A stretch of 64,000 nucleotides of DNA from an uncultured Planctomycetota bacterium (GTDB lineage: Bacteria > Planctomycetota > Planctomycetia > Isosphaerales > Isosphaeraceae), in contig CAVTTN010000002.1 of assembly GCA_963737655.1 (NCBI GenBank), forward strand, positions 5,888,001 through 5,952,000, written 5' to 3'. The notes beneath the pieces are model-generated. The model had not been told where the DNA came from and ran no database searches. It was given only the letters and a program-made list of their open reading frames with translations. The translations under genes and the position numbers were made by a program. The stretch's first letter is position 1; each line of letters opens with the position of its first letter. Of this stretch, positions 49,660 through 61,297 are shown in pieces.

Positions 49660-52600
49660 ATGGGGGCTTCCGACTCGTTCTTCCCGGCCCGGGCCGATCG
49701 CGACGTCCGGGACGAGGTGATCCGCGAATACCCGTTCCCCCTGGCCGTGACCTATGCCCGGCTCCAGGACGAGCTGGAACTCCAGGAGCCGGTCGCCGCG
49801 GCCTGGCAGATGCGGGACGCGATGGAGTCTTTCCTGAAGTTCTCCGCGAGCCTGGCCGTCGCCGACGCCCTGGCCTCCGGCCCCGACCCGAAGCTCGCCG
49901 GGGAGCTCGCGGGCCGGCTCCTGAAGTGGGGCGGCCTCGTCCTGGGGGACTGGCACGAGCTGGTCCGATTGCCCCTGAAACCCCTGGAGGAGGCCGCCCG
50001 CGCCGGCCGGCTCGACTGCTCGGGCCGTCGCCTGCCCGAGCTGTATCTCCTGTTCTTCAGCCCGAAGAACGGGCGGCCCTCGCCCCTGCATCGGCTGATC
50101 CAGGGCGACGGATCGGCCTTCATCGCCTGGAGGAACAGGGAGTTCGGCCACGGCCTGTTCCGCCGGGATCGCGCCTGGTACGCGAAGGAGACCCTCGGCT
50201 GGATCGATCGCCTCCACGCGCTCTACGACGGCCTGAAGCCGGTCCTGGCGGGGTGGTCGCTCGTGGGCCAGACCCCGGGCGGGGAGCGGGTCGAGTGGCA
50301 GGGGACGGACCGGCCGCCCCATGCCCCACCCCACGAGCACGAGCCCTGGGGCGAGCCCCTGCCGATGCTCCTGGTCCACGAGGACGGCCGCGAATTGCCG
50401 CTCGGCCCGCTCCTGTCGGTCCAGCACTGCACGCTCTGCGGCCATCCCGCCGCGTTCTACTTCGACAAGAGTGAGCGGAAAAAATATGGCCACAGCACCC
50501 ATTTCCTGGAGTACTTCGGCGGCCACCCGCACATCCATGCCAACTGGAACCAGACCCTCCGCCTCGCCGGTTTCCTCCCGCCCGAGTTCGAGTTCACTCG
50601 CGAGGCCCACGACCCCGACGAGCTGGCCGAGGGCATCCGCCTGGCGTTCCGCGACTTCGACGCCGAGTACTTCCCCCGGCCTACCTCCTCGAACGGGTCT
50701 GGGCGCTCGCCGAGGACCGTGCCCGGGGCTACGTCCACCTCGTCGGCCCCGAGGGGATGGGCAAGACGTTCGTCATCCGCGGCCTGGAGCGGGAGTCGAA
50801 GGCGAAGTCCATCCCGGTCCTGGCGTACCACGTCCTCCCGGGCGCGGCGGCCCTTTATCAGACGTTCCTGGTCGAGCTGAACGAGAGGGCCCGCGACGCC
50901 CTGAAGCTCCGCACGATCGATCCCCAGATCAAGGGGGAGACGACCCCCGAGGGGATGCGGGAGGAGTTCGTGGCGTACCTCACGACCCTCATGGAGGCGA
51001 ACCGGCTCGACCGCCTGATCGTCGCGATCGACGCCCTCGACGAGCTCCCGGACCCGCCCGCGAAGACGCCTTCGATCACCGACTTCCTGCCGCCCGCGGC
51101 GGAGCTTCCCCGGGGCTGCACGATCGTCCTGACGGGCCGCCCCGCGCTGCGTCCCCGCGCGGCCTCCGACCTCGACCGCGTCCGAACCGCGTCGGGAGTC
51201 GAATCGTTCACGACGATCCCCCTCGACCCCGCCGCCCCGGCCAACCGCGACCTCCTCCGGGCCTACCTGCTGCGAAAGGAGCACCTGCCGGCCGGTCTCT
51301 CCACGCCCGAGCAGGCCGACGCGGTGATCGAACGGGCCGGCGGGGTGTTCCTCTACGCCTTCCACCTGAGCCGCGCGCTCCGCTCCGGGGCCTACGCGGA
51401 CATCGCCGCCCTGCCCGACGGGGATCGGTTCTACGCCGACTACCTCGGCCGGCTCCGCGAGACGGCCGGCGACCGCCTGTTCGAGGAGGTCTACCTCCCC
51501 GCCCTGATCCTCCTGTCGGCCGCGTTCGCCCCGGTCACGCTCGGCCAGCTCGTGCGCTGGGGCATCCCGAAGGACCGGCTCCCGTTCGCCCTGATCGACC
51601 TCCACGACTTCCTCCGGGTCCACCGGGTCCGCGGCTGGCACGACTCGCTCGCCCCCGAGGGCCCCGAGCCCGAGCGCCGCTACGAGATCGCCCACGACGC
51701 CTTCCTCCGGTTCGTCCGCTCCGACCCCACGCTCTCCGCCCTCCTGCGAGATGCCCACGCGAAGATCGGCGCCGCGGCCCGCCCGAAGGACGGTTGGCCG
51801 AGCATCAGCCCGTTCGAGGACGAGGAGATTTACAACCTGATCCACGTCCTGCCGCACCTCCGCGAATCGGGCCGAACGGACCTGCTCCGCGCCGTGACGG
51901 CGGACGAGTCCTACGCGGAAACTTGCTGGGCGATCGGGAATCTCGCGCAGGACAGTGCGAGATTCCACATCGCCGAGAAGCTCCACGACCGATCGGAGAA
52001 GGTCTATCGGGAGTTGGTCGACTCGGGCCGCGTCGAGCTGGCCAACGACCTGGCCGGTGCCCTCATGAACCGCGGCAACGCACTATCGAATCTCGGCCGG
52101 CTGGCGGAGGCGGTGACGGCGTACGACGAGGCGGTCGCCATCCTCCGCCGGCTCGTCGACTCGGGCCGCGGCGAGCTGGCCAACGACCTGGCCGGTGCCC
52201 TCATGAACCGCGGCAACGCGCTGTCGGATCTCGGCAAGCTGGCGGAGGCGGTGACGGCGTACGACGAGGCGGTCGCCATCCTCCGCCGGCTCGTCGACTC
52301 GGGCCGCGTCGAGCTGGCCAACGACCTGGCCAAGGCCCTCATGAACCGCGGCGTCTCCCTCCGCAACCTGGGCAAGCTGGCGGAGGCGGTGACGGCGTAC
52401 GACGAGGCGGTCGCCATCCTCCGCCGGCTCGTCGACTCGGGCCGCGTCGAGCTGGCCAACGACCTGGCCAAGGCCCTCATGAACCGCGGCGTCTCCCTCC
52501 GCAACCTGGGCAAGCTGGCGGAGGCGGTGACGGCGTACGACGAGGCGGTCGCCATCCTCCGCCGGCTCGTCGACTCGGGCCGCGTCGAGCTGGCCAACGA

Positions 52601-53012
52601 CCTGGCCATGGCCCTCTTCAACAAGGCGTGGCTTCTGAAGAAGCAGGAAGATTGGCCCGCGGCCCTGGAGTGCTACGACGAGGCAATCGGGCTGCGAGAG
52701 GGCTGCGTCGAGGCCGGGATGGTCCATCTCCTGGGCAAATTGCTCCAGACCATCCGCTACCGGATGATGACCCTGCTGGACCTCGGGCGGTGGGACGAGG
52801 CCGCCGAGGATGTCGTCCGATTGCTCGACCATGCCCGGCCGGCTCTGGAAGCGGAGGAGATGCCGCAACCGATCCTGAAGGAGATCGGCGCGATGGTGGG
52901 CCGGTTGCGGAACCTGCCGGAGGAGGCGTGGATCCGGGTTGAGTCCGGGCTGGGCGATTGGGCGGAGATCGTCCGTCAGTGGGTGAAGGGGACGGGCGAG
53001 GATGAGGATTGA
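49660..53012 (+). CDS. HEPN-like + STAND ATPase + TPR; frameshift near 50680
   Basis: YPFPLA...WRNREFGHG; GYVHLVGPEGMGKT, IVAIDALDE; 46-aa TPR repeats. Confidence 0.82.
52020..52625 (+). repeat. Tandem 138-bp TPR-coding repeat, 4 full units plus a partial
   Basis: GACTCGGGCCGC at 52020, 52158, 52296, 52434, 52572. Confidence 0.95.
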
Positions 53013-53100
53013 TCGCGGGGGCGGTGGACTCGCGGGGGCCTCGGCCGGGTGGTAGGATCGTGGGCGAGGCGGGTTTCGGGGAGACCCGGAGGTCGGATCG

Positions 53101-54501
53101 ATGAACACGTGGATCGTCATGCTCATCATGGGCGTCGCCCCGATTGCGGATGGCCCCGGCGTCGGGCCGGGTCCCCCGGCCGTTGAGCTGGGGGGCGTGG
53201 TTTATGTCGCCCTCGATGCCCTGGCCGGGGCGATGGGCGGGAGCGTCGCGTTCACCGAGCCGGGCCTCCCCCTCGGCATCCGGCCGTTGACGGTGACCGT
53301 CGGCGAGGAGCGGTGGCAGTTCCCCAACGGCGGGGACCGCGTCCTCGTCGTGGCCTCGAAGCGGGAGGTCCCGCTGGCCCATCCCGTGGTGTTCTACCGG
53401 GAGGGCTACTACGTCTCGGCCCGGGAGATCGCCCCGATCCTCGGCGTCGAGGCGCGCACCGACGGCGGCCTCCGCGTGATCGCCAAGGGCCGGACCCTCG
53501 AACTCCGGCCGGTCCCGATCGATTCGCCGTTCCATGCCCATCGGGTCGAAGCGTTCAAGGCGGTCCATCGGCCCGTTCGGACCACCGCCACGCTCAGGGC
53601 GAGGACGTCGCTCCACGGCGCCGACGGCCTCCGCGAGATCCCGGCGGGGACGGCGCTGCTCGTCCGCCGGGAGGCCGAGGTGGACGGCTCCCGGGCGGTC
53701 GTCCTCTCGGACTGCGGCCCGGATTTCCGCAGCTACGTGGCCGACGCCCGGGCCGTCGAGAAGGCGACCGAGGCGGGGAGCCTCGCCGGGTCGCCCTGGG
53801 AGGCCGCCCGGGCCTGGTTCGACCGGGCCGCCGAGGCCGAGACCGGCCTGAAGAGGGGCGAGGCCGCCGCCCTCGGCAAGACCGCATGCCTGACCGTCGA
53901 TTTGTGCTGGTCGCTCCGCCCGTTCGAGCCGGGGCTGATGGACGTCCTCCGCGGCTCGGCCGAGGGCCGAGACAGGCCGGCCGCGCCGGTCCTGTTCCTC
54001 ACCGGCCGCTGGATGGAGCAGCACCCCGGCGAGCTCCATGAGCTGATCGAATTGTCCCGCCGCCCCGGGCTGGACGTCACCTGGGGCCTCCACTCGTTCG
54101 ACCACCCGAAGTACGGCAAGTTCCTGAACGATTACCCGAGGGAGAGGCTCCAGGCCGACGACCTCCGCCAGGAACGCCTGATGCTGGAGTGGGGGATCGT
54201 GCCGTCGGTCGTCTATCGCTTCCCCGGCCTCATCCACGACCGAGAGAGGCTCCGGGGAATCCTCGACCTGGACCTGTTCCCGATCGACTGCGACTCGTGG
54301 CAGGCGATCGTCGAGCAGGAGAAGGGCCGGCCCGAGGAGGACCGCGGGCCGTTCGCCCGGCCGATCGGCGACGGGAGCATCATCCTCGTCCACGGCAACG
54401 GCAACGAGCCGGCGGGCATCCCCCCTCTTCGTCGCTGGCTGGCCGACCATCCCGACTGGACTCTGGGACCGATCCGTCAGTTCCTCCCGACCGGGAAGTA
54501 A
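53101..54501 (+). CDS. Exported polysaccharide deacetylase (NodB-like) with copper-amine-oxidase-N/stalk-like N-terminus
   Basis: LTVDLCWS, LFLTGRWM, WGLHSFDH, YRFPGL, GSIILVHGNGNE. Confidence 0.75.
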   Translation: MNTWIVMLIMGVAPIADGPGVGPGPPAVELGGVVYVALDALAGAMGGSVAFTEPGLPLGIRPLTVTVGEERWQFPNGGDRVLVVASKREVPLAHPVVFYREGYYVSAREIAPILGVEARTDGGLRVIAKGRTLELRPVPIDSPFHAHRVEAFKAVHRPVRTTATLRARTSLHGADGLREIPAGTALLVRREAEVDGSRAVVLSDCGPDFRSYVADARAVEKATEAGSLAGSPWEAARAWFDRAAEAETGLKRGEAAALGKTACLTVDLCWSLRPFEPGLMDVLRGSAEGRDRPAAPVLFLTGRWMEQHPGELHELIELSRRPGLDVTWGLHSFDHPKYGKFLNDYPRERLQADDLRQERLMLEWGIVPSVVYRFPGLIHDRERLRGILDLDLFPIDCDSWQAIVEQEKGRPEEDRGPFARPIGDGSIILVHGNGNEPAGIPPLRRWLADHPDWTLGPIRQFLPTGK

Positions 54502-54531
54502 GGCCCCGCGAGCCGGGAGCCGGAGGGTCGC

Positions 54532-57500
54532 ATGACCGCTCCCGCCGAGCCTCGCCACGACCGCCTGCCGACGCCCGTGGCCGAGCTGGTCGAGCGCGCC
54601 CACCGCGGAGACGAGCCGGTCGAGGCGAGGCGAGAGGCGATGCTGAAGGTGCCGGAATGCCTCCTGAGGGTCGCCTCGCTCCCGCTCCTGGCCGTCTGCC
54701 TGAGAGGACCCTCGATCCACCCGGAGATGGCCAAGCTCCTGTCCCTGTTCGGCTTCCCCACGTTCTCGACCTGGCGATGGCTGGCCAAGGTGCTGAAGAG
54801 GGGGGACCTCGGCACCGACTGGGGCCCCCTGGCCGGCTACCGCGAGGACTTCGGCCGGGCCTACCGGTTGGTGAACGAGACGACCGCGGTGGCCCGGCCG
54901 GAGTACGCCCTCGGCGCCGCCGGGAAGGAGGCCGGCCTCCTCGACCTCTTCCAGGGCCTCCGCAACCACTGGGCGCACTCCTCCGGGACCTCGCCGGCCC
55001 TCTGCCGGAGGGACCTGGACGAGTACCTCCCGCGTCTGGACGCGATCCTCGACGCCTTCGCCTTCCTCGGGCGCTACCGCTTTTGCTCGATCGCGGGGGA
55101 CGGCCACCAAGCGACCCTGTTCCGGGGCGTCCGCCCGGCGGAGATCGACCTGGCCGATGGGGCCAGCGAGGGGGCGGCCCTGCTGACGCCCGACGATCGG
55201 GCGGTCCCGCTCTCGCCGCTGGTGGTCCCGGGGCCCGACGGCGCCCTCGGCTGGTTCGATGGCTACCGGCTGGGACGCGACGGGCCGGACGCCTCCGACG
55301 GCCTGGCCTATCAGACCGACCTCGGCCGGCAATACCGCTCGGGCCCGGTGGCGGAGGGCCTCCGGGCCCTGTTCCGGGCCCACAACGTCCTGCTGCTCCC
55401 GGGCTCGAAGGGCCTGACCCTCCGACGATTGAACGAATACCTCTCGGCGGTGACCGGCCAGAACCTGAAGGAGCTGGACGCCCGGTACGGCCGCGACCTC
55501 TTCGTCGATCGGCCCGCCCTGACCGGGGCCCTCAGGGCGTTCGTCGAGGGGGAGCGGTCGGAGGAGGCGCCCGTGGCCCTGCTCCTGACCGGGCCGGCGG
55601 GGTCGGGCAAGTCCGGGCTGCTGGTCCACCTGGCCCAGGGGCTCCTCCGGGCCCCGGGGGGAGGCCCTGGCGTCCTCCTGATGAGGGGGGACAAGTTGAC
55701 GGTCGAGGGGGACATGCCCCAGATCCTCTTCTCCAACCTCCTGATGATGCTCGGCGCCGACCGGGAGGAGGTCCGCACCTTCGCGGACCTCTGCGAGAGG
55801 CTGGAGGCCAGCCGCAAGGGGGAGGACCGGGACCTCCGCCTCGTGGTCGTCTTCGACGGGGTGAACGAGGCGTCGGACCGGCCCGAGAAGGTCTTCCGCG
55901 AGCTCCTGGACGTCATCGCGACGGCCCGCCCGTACCGCTGGATTCGGATCGTGGCGGCGGTCCGCTCGGACTTCCTCCGGAGGCACAGGGCGGGGCTGGA
56001 AGGGGCCGAGAAGGACCCGCTCCACGGCCTGCGCGACCTGCTGGCCACCCCCGGGCCCGACGCCCCGGAGGAGATCCGCGGCGAGGGCCTCCCGGTCTGG
56101 GCCGTCCCGACGATCACCGAGGCCGAGCGCCGGGAGATCTACGAGCGGTTCCGGGCCCGCCGCGCCGAGGGGACGCCCGGGGTCCCGGCGTGCCTGACGC
56201 CCTGGGACGGCCTCGACCCCGAAATCCGCGGGAAGATCCTCGACCGGCCTCTCTTGATCCGCCTCTGGATGGAGCTGTACGACGGCCGGCCCGCCGGGGC
56301 CCTGCACTCGGTCTCGGACCTCTACATCGCCTACCTCGACGCGCTCTCGGCCTCGATGCCGGGGCTGTCACGGGTCGCGCTGCCCCGGGTCGTCGAGCAC
56401 ATGCTGAGGGTCGGCCGGTCGGCGCTGACCGACGAGGACGCCGGGCAGATCCGGGCGTCCGGGCCGGCGGGGGGCGACGCGCTGTCCGCCCTGGTCGCCG
56501 CGGGCCTCTTCGAGGTCCGGGTCCCGACGACCGGGCCGGTCCGCTACGGCGTGTTCCACGAGCGGATGGCCGAGGCCCTGGCCGCCCGGTGGCTCCGCGA
56601 GTCGGTCGGCTACCCGGCCCGGCCCGACGGCGACCGGCCCCCGCCGGCCATCGATCCCGCCGCGCTCAGGGCCTGGGACGCGTTCCCCCGCCACTCGCTC
56701 AACCCCCTCCTGTTCGGCGGCCTGGAGCTCTTCATCCGCCGCCTCCTGGACGTGAAGGACTGGAAGAACGCCTCGCGGGTCCTGGAGCACGTCGACTTCC
56801 AGATGCCCCCGGGCTCCAGTTGGCTGTTCCTCGCCGGCCGCCAGAACCTGACGATCGAGTTCCGCGAGGCGCTCCGCGACCGCCTGGAGGACCGGTCCCT
56901 CCGCCAGCAGAACCTCTTCCAGCTCGGCCTGGGCTACATCCGGGCCGGCCGTCACGAGGAGGCGGCCGACGCCCTCGGCCTGGCTCGCTCGCTGGGCGGG
57001 AGCCCGCAGATGAGGGCGGCGATCGCGATGTACACCGGGCTCTGCCTGGTCCGCGAGGGGGACCTCGATCGCGGGGAGGCCGAGCTGGAGGCCGCCCGAG
57101 GGCTGGCCGCCGGGACCCGGCTCGAGGGGAACGTCCACGGCCACCTCGCCAGCCTGAGGGTCAGGCGGCTCCGGGCCTCCGGCGGCGATCGGCCGCCCCC
57201 GCAGGATGTCCAGGAGGTGGTCGAGGCCCTGTACCGTCGCGCCATCGAGCTGAACGGCCGAGGAACCCGGCCCGACCGCCGGTGCGAGGTCTTCTGGAGG
57301 AAGGAGTGGGGCGAGACGCTCCTGTTCCTCGGCCGGGCTGGCGAGGCCGTGGACGAGTTGGAGGCCGCCTGGACGACGTGCGTGGCCAGCGGCCTGGATG
57401 CCAAGTGCCGGCTCGACCTCCACCTCGCCCTGGGCCGGTCCTACCGGTTCGAGGGCCGGGGCAACGAGGCCGACGAGCAGTTCCGGCTCGGCCTGGCCTT

Positions 57501-57567
57501 GGCGGCCGAGATCGGCGACGCCGAGCTCCGGCAGGCCCTGGAGGCCGCCAAGGCGGGCGGCCCATGA
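54532..57567 (+). CDS. HEPN-like + STAND/NACHT-like ATPase + TPR
   Basis: LPTPVA...LRNHWAH; TGPAGSGKS, VVFDGVNE; C-terminal TPR-like helices. Confidence 0.83.
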   Translation: MTAPAEPRHDRLPTPVAELVERAHRGDEPVEARREAMLKVPECLLRVASLPLLAVCLRGPSIHPEMAKLLSLFGFPTFSTWRWLAKVLKRGDLGTDWGPLAGYREDFGRAYRLVNETTAVARPEYALGAAGKEAGLLDLFQGLRNHWAHSSGTSPALCRRDLDEYLPRLDAILDAFAFLGRYRFCSIAGDGHQATLFRGVRPAEIDLADGASEGAALLTPDDRAVPLSPLVVPGPDGALGWFDGYRLGRDGPDASDGLAYQTDLGRQYRSGPVAEGLRALFRAHNVLLLPGSKGLTLRRLNEYLSAVTGQNLKELDARYGRDLFVDRPALTGALRAFVEGERSEEAPVALLLTGPAGSGKSGLLVHLAQGLLRAPGGGPGVLLMRGDKLTVEGDMPQILFSNLLMMLGADREEVRTFADLCERLEASRKGEDRDLRLVVVFDGVNEASDRPEKVFRELLDVIATARPYRWIRIVAAVRSDFLRRHRAGLEGAEKDPLHGLRDLLATPGPDAPEEIRGEGLPVWAVPTITEAERREIYERFRARRAEGTPGVPACLTPWDGLDPEIRGKILDRPLLIRLWMELYDGRPAGALHSVSDLYIAYLDALSASMPGLSRVALPRVVEHMLRVGRSALTDEDAGQIRASGPAGGDALSALVAAGLFEVRVPTTGPVRYGVFHERMAEALAARWLRESVGYPARPDGDRPPPAIDPAALRAWDAFPRHSLNPLLFGGLELFIRRLLDVKDWKNASRVLEHVDFQMPPGSSWLFLAGRQNLTIEFREALRDRLEDRSLRQQNLFQLGLGYIRAGRHEEAADALGLARSLGGSPQMRAAIAMYTGLCLVREGDLDRGEAELEAARGLAAGTRLEGNVHGHLASLRVRRLRASGGDRPPPQDVQEVVEALYRRAIELNGRGTRPDRRCEVFWRKEWGETLLFLGRAGEAVDELEAAWTTCVASGLDAKCRLDLHLALGRSYRFEGRGNEADEQFRLGLALAAEIGDAELRQALEAAKAGGP

Positions 57568-58295
57568 GACCGGACCCCGGGGCCGGGCCGTGACCCCCGG
57601 GTGGGCGGCCCTCGCGGGGCGAGACGGGTTCGATCCTTCGCGACCTCTCCGATCCGGCGTTTCGTCCGAAACGACGGAGGCCCATCGACAAGGGGTTGTA
57701 GCGGAGGTCACGGGATGATCGCAGGACCTGGGTCCGGCCGGGGACCCGGCCGGGCCCCTCGCCGCCAGCCTGCCCCTGGGGCACCCGCGCGTTCACGGGC
57801 GCCCAGGAGCCGGCACCAGCGTGGGTCGCACGGACTACTCCGGGTCGCCGGGGCCGGAATCAGCCGGGGTCACACTCTCGGCCGGCGGTCGGGTGACCGA
57901 GGGCCGAACCCCATTGGGTGGGCGACGAATCCCGCGCGGCACTCCACGCGTAGCCGGGGCCCTGGGGGGGCCGGCGCCTCGCCCCTGGCGGGCCTCGGAC
58001 TGAGTGGCGGCCCCCGGTCGCGGGGGCCGGGGTGCGATGGTGGAGAGGACGCCGCGGCGTCGGCGATCGTGGCGAGTCACGCCGGCCCGTCGTCCTGGCC
58101 TGGTCCGGGCCACTCGGGAGACGATCGCGGTTCGGTCCCACGGTCGGCCGGGCGACCCGCAGGGACCCGGGGCGGTCGGCCGGCGAACTCCGGCTCCGGC
58201 CCGAGGAACGGAGCCGGTCGGCCCCGACCCCTCAGCTCACCGAGAGCCTCACGGTACGGCGGCCCGGCCGGGTTCAGCCCGGGCGGGCATCTCGA

Positions 58296-58751
58296 TCACC
58301 TCGGCATGGATTCCCATCCCCGTGGTCTCGCCGGCCGCGTGACGGACGAGCCACCGGTGCGGCCTCGGGGAGGCCGTGCGCAGTGAGCGGCCGTCGAAGG
58401 GGGCGACGTCGTCGCGGCGCGGATCAGCCGCAGGCCAGGCTCGGGGTACGGCAGCGAGGCGGCCCGCCAGCGGTCGATGATCCTCGTGCGGACAGCGGTA
58501 ACGGCGTGGTAGGCGGGGTGGCGGGTGTCGAAGATCTTCTTGCCGGCGGCCAGGGCCGGGGCGTCGGCGTCGAAGGGGGAGACGGCGGCGGCGCGCTGCT
58601 CGGGGGTCAGGGCCTTCTGCACGCCGGGCCGGGCGAACTGGAGGCGGCAGGCGGCCGAGCCGGCGCGGAGACGGCGGGCCGGGCCGTCGTCGGCGTCGAT
58701 GCCGGGCGGGGCCGGTCCGGCGTGGGGGGCGATCTCGGTGGCGAGGCTCAT
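58296..58751 (-). pseudogene. Truncated conserved hypothetical of the AAA module (DUF3150-like)
   Basis: AGKKIFDTRHPAYHAV...SLPYPEPGLRLIR then degenerates. Confidence 0.5.
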
Positions 58752-60287
58752 GCGGGCGGCTCCTGGTCGGGGTGGAGGTCGGGCGACGTGCGGACGTGCT
58801 CGCGTGTTCGAGCGAGTCGATGACAGGAGGTATCAGTTGGACGAAGGGTCGCCGCGGCGGACGGCCCGGCCGGGCCGGGCCTGGGGGACTGGCCGGCCTC
58901 GCGCGAGTACAGGCCGGGCCGCTCGGCCGACAGGCAGCGGCCGGAGGCCCACTGCCGCGGCCGCTCGACCGCCTCGCCGGCCGTGGCGGCGACCGGGACG
59001 ACGTGGTGCGCGGCCTCGACCGGAGCCACGCCCAGCAGGGCCGCCAGGCGGCAGCAGGCCCGCACCTCGGCGCCGGTCCAGTCGCGGTCCTCGGGCCGGC
59101 GGGCCGAGGGGTCCAGGCCGTAGCGTTCGAGGTAGGTCCGCCAGATGGCGTCCTTCTCGGCGCGGCCGGGCAGGTCGAGGAAGAACACGCCGTCGAACCG
59201 GCCGGCGCGGGCGAACTCCGGCGGCAGCCGCGAGACGTCGTTGCAGGTGCCGACGAAGAAGGCGTCGGACTCGTGATCATTGAGCCAGATCAGCAGGGCG
59301 CCGAAGAGCCGCGACCCGACGCCCGAGTCGGCCGAGGACCCCGAGGCGGCGCCGCCGAGGGCCTTCTCCAGCTCGTCGCAGAAGACGACGCACGGGGCCA
59401 TCGCGTCGACCTGGCGCAGCGCCTCGTGGACCCGCCTCTCGGTCTCCTCCACGAGCGAGCCCTTCAGGGCGCCGACGTCGAGCACCAGGGTGGGCCGCCC
59501 GGTCTCCGCCCCCAATGACTTCGCGAACTGCGACTTGCCGGTGCCAGGCGGCCGAGGCCCGGCCGGGCCTCAGAGCCTTCGCGCGGAAGTCCTTCAGCGC
59601 CCCGAGGCCGCCCAGCTCGGCGAACGACCCGCCGCCGCGGTGCAGGCTTAGCAGGCCCGAGGCCCGCAAGGCCCCGGCCTTCAGCTCCCACAGCGGCCCG
59701 GGCGCCAGGCGGCCGTGCCGCACCAGCGCCAGGCTGAAGGCGTTCTCGGCCTCGGTGCGGGTCAGGCCCGCCGCGTCGAGCACCGCCTCCAGGGCCTCGC
59801 CCCCGGGCAGCTCGCCCGGCTCGGTGGCCACGCCCCGGGCGATGGAGAGCAGGTCGTCGCGGCCGGGCAATTCGTGCTCGATCACGGCGAACTGGCATTC
59901 CAGCTCGACCGGGATCTGCAGCACGGGCGACAGGACCACCACGAACGTGCGGTCGGCCTTGCCGGCGGCGATCCGCGTCTCCAGGGCCTGGGCGACCTCG
60001 GCCGAGCCGAGCAGGCGGTGGAAGTGGCGGAGCACGCGGACCGCCGTGCCGCCGGGCGAGGCCATGGCGTCTAGGACCAGCGGGTCGCCGCCGGCGGTCT
60101 GGGCCGGGGTCGGACCGCCGCCGGGGTCGACCAGGCCGCGGTCGAGGTCCCAGGCGGCCAGGGGCCAGCCGCGATCGCGGCAGAGGGCGGCGACCTCGGC
60201 CGGGGCGTCGTCGGGCTCGTGGGTCAGGACCCACAGCGCCGGGAAGCAGGCGCGGACGTGCTCGTCCAGCCGCTCGGTGAGCGTCAT
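58748..60287 (-). pseudogene. Ycf46-like AAA ATPase, frameshifted/deleted around Walker A
   Basis: ACFPALWVLTHE, GLTRTEAENA, LGGLGALK; other frame VFCDELEKAL, FVGTCNDVSRLPPEFARAGRFD, WTGAEV. Confidence 0.85.
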
Positions 60288-60335
60288 CGGATGACTCCTC
60301 GGGGATGTTCGGAGGGAAGCGAAATCGGGAGGGGA

Positions 60336-60527
60336 TCAGGTGGGCTGGCGGAGGTCGGGGCGGGCCTCCGGCGCGACGTACATCTCGGCGGTGGGCCGCT
60401 CGGCCAGGCGAGCGCCCAGGGCTTCTTCATAGGGCCGGCCCGCCTCGCGGCACGACGGCCCGGAGAAGCGTCGGGTGGCCACGGTCGTCGCGCCCTTCGG
60501 GTCGACGACGATCTCGACGACCTTCAT
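60336..60527 (-). CDS. DUF2997-like small protein
   Basis: VEIVVDPKGATTVATRRFSGPSCREA...EEALG...TAEMY. Confidence 0.75.
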   Translation of the reverse strand: MKVVEIVVDPKGATTVATRRFSGPSCREAGRPYEEALGARLAERPTAEMYVAPEARPDLRQPT

Positions 60528-60892
60528 GCGCCACTTCCCACGGCGACCGTCAGGCGGATCGAGCCGTCGGGCAAGGCCGCCTCGACGACGGAGTGGCCGC
60601 TGCGGCGGGCCTCGGCCCTGGCCGTCTCGACGGCGTAGGCCTGGAGGAAGCGGCCGAGGTGCTCCTGCCGGCCCCACAGGCCGCCGTAGTTGTCGTAGCG
60701 GGCCACGCCGGCGGCGACGTCCAGGACCAGGGGATAGAGCCAGCCCGGCAGCCGGATCAGCAGGCCGGAGGCGTGGCCGGAGAACAGCGGGGACGAGCCC
60801 TCCTCGGGGGCGGGCAGGCCCAGGCGGCAGCAGGCGGCGGCGACGGCGGAGGGGTCGCGGCACTCGGCGCGGACCTCGACGACGTGCGACAT
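60524..60892 (-). CDS. DUF1257-like protein
   Basis: MSHVVEV...LPGWLYP...YDNYGGLWG...FLQAYAVE...DGSIRLTV. Confidence 0.78.
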   Translation of the reverse strand: MSHVVEVRAECRDPSAVAAACCRLGLPAPEEGSSPLFSGHASGLLIRLPGWLYPLVLDVAAGVARYDNYGGLWGRQEHLGRFLQAYAVETARAEARRSGHSVVEAALPDGSIRLTVAVGSGA

Positions 60893-61297
60893 GGATCGGG
60901 TTCTCCGGGGTGACGGGGCGGCCCCGCCCTTGAGACGACGGCGGGCGCCTCAAGGGATCCTGCCGCGAATCAGGCCCGGATTTAGCGGCGGCCCGTCGTC
61001 GGATCGGCCGGCCGCCCTGCCGCCGGATGGGGCCCGGCCGGGCCCCATCCGGCGGGATGACGGGGCCGGCCGAACGCATCCTCAGTGGCCGTCCCCTCCC
61101 GACGATCGCCACTGGAGGGACGAGCGACGTGACCGGGACCTCTGCCGCCCCACGACTGCCGTGGGGCGGCCCTCTCGGCCTCGCGACCGGTCGATGTTGG
61201 GCCTGGTCGCCCTCTCACATGGGGCTCGATTTCGACCGACCCGCCGATTAGGATCTGTTCGCATCCGCGAATGCTTTTGCCGCGAGGGCCTGGCGGG

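Noticed and set aside
57611..57650. Possible degenerate tRNA 3' fragment (attR)
   Set aside because: Only loose similarity, and inverted relative to tRNA-Gly; not a direct repeat
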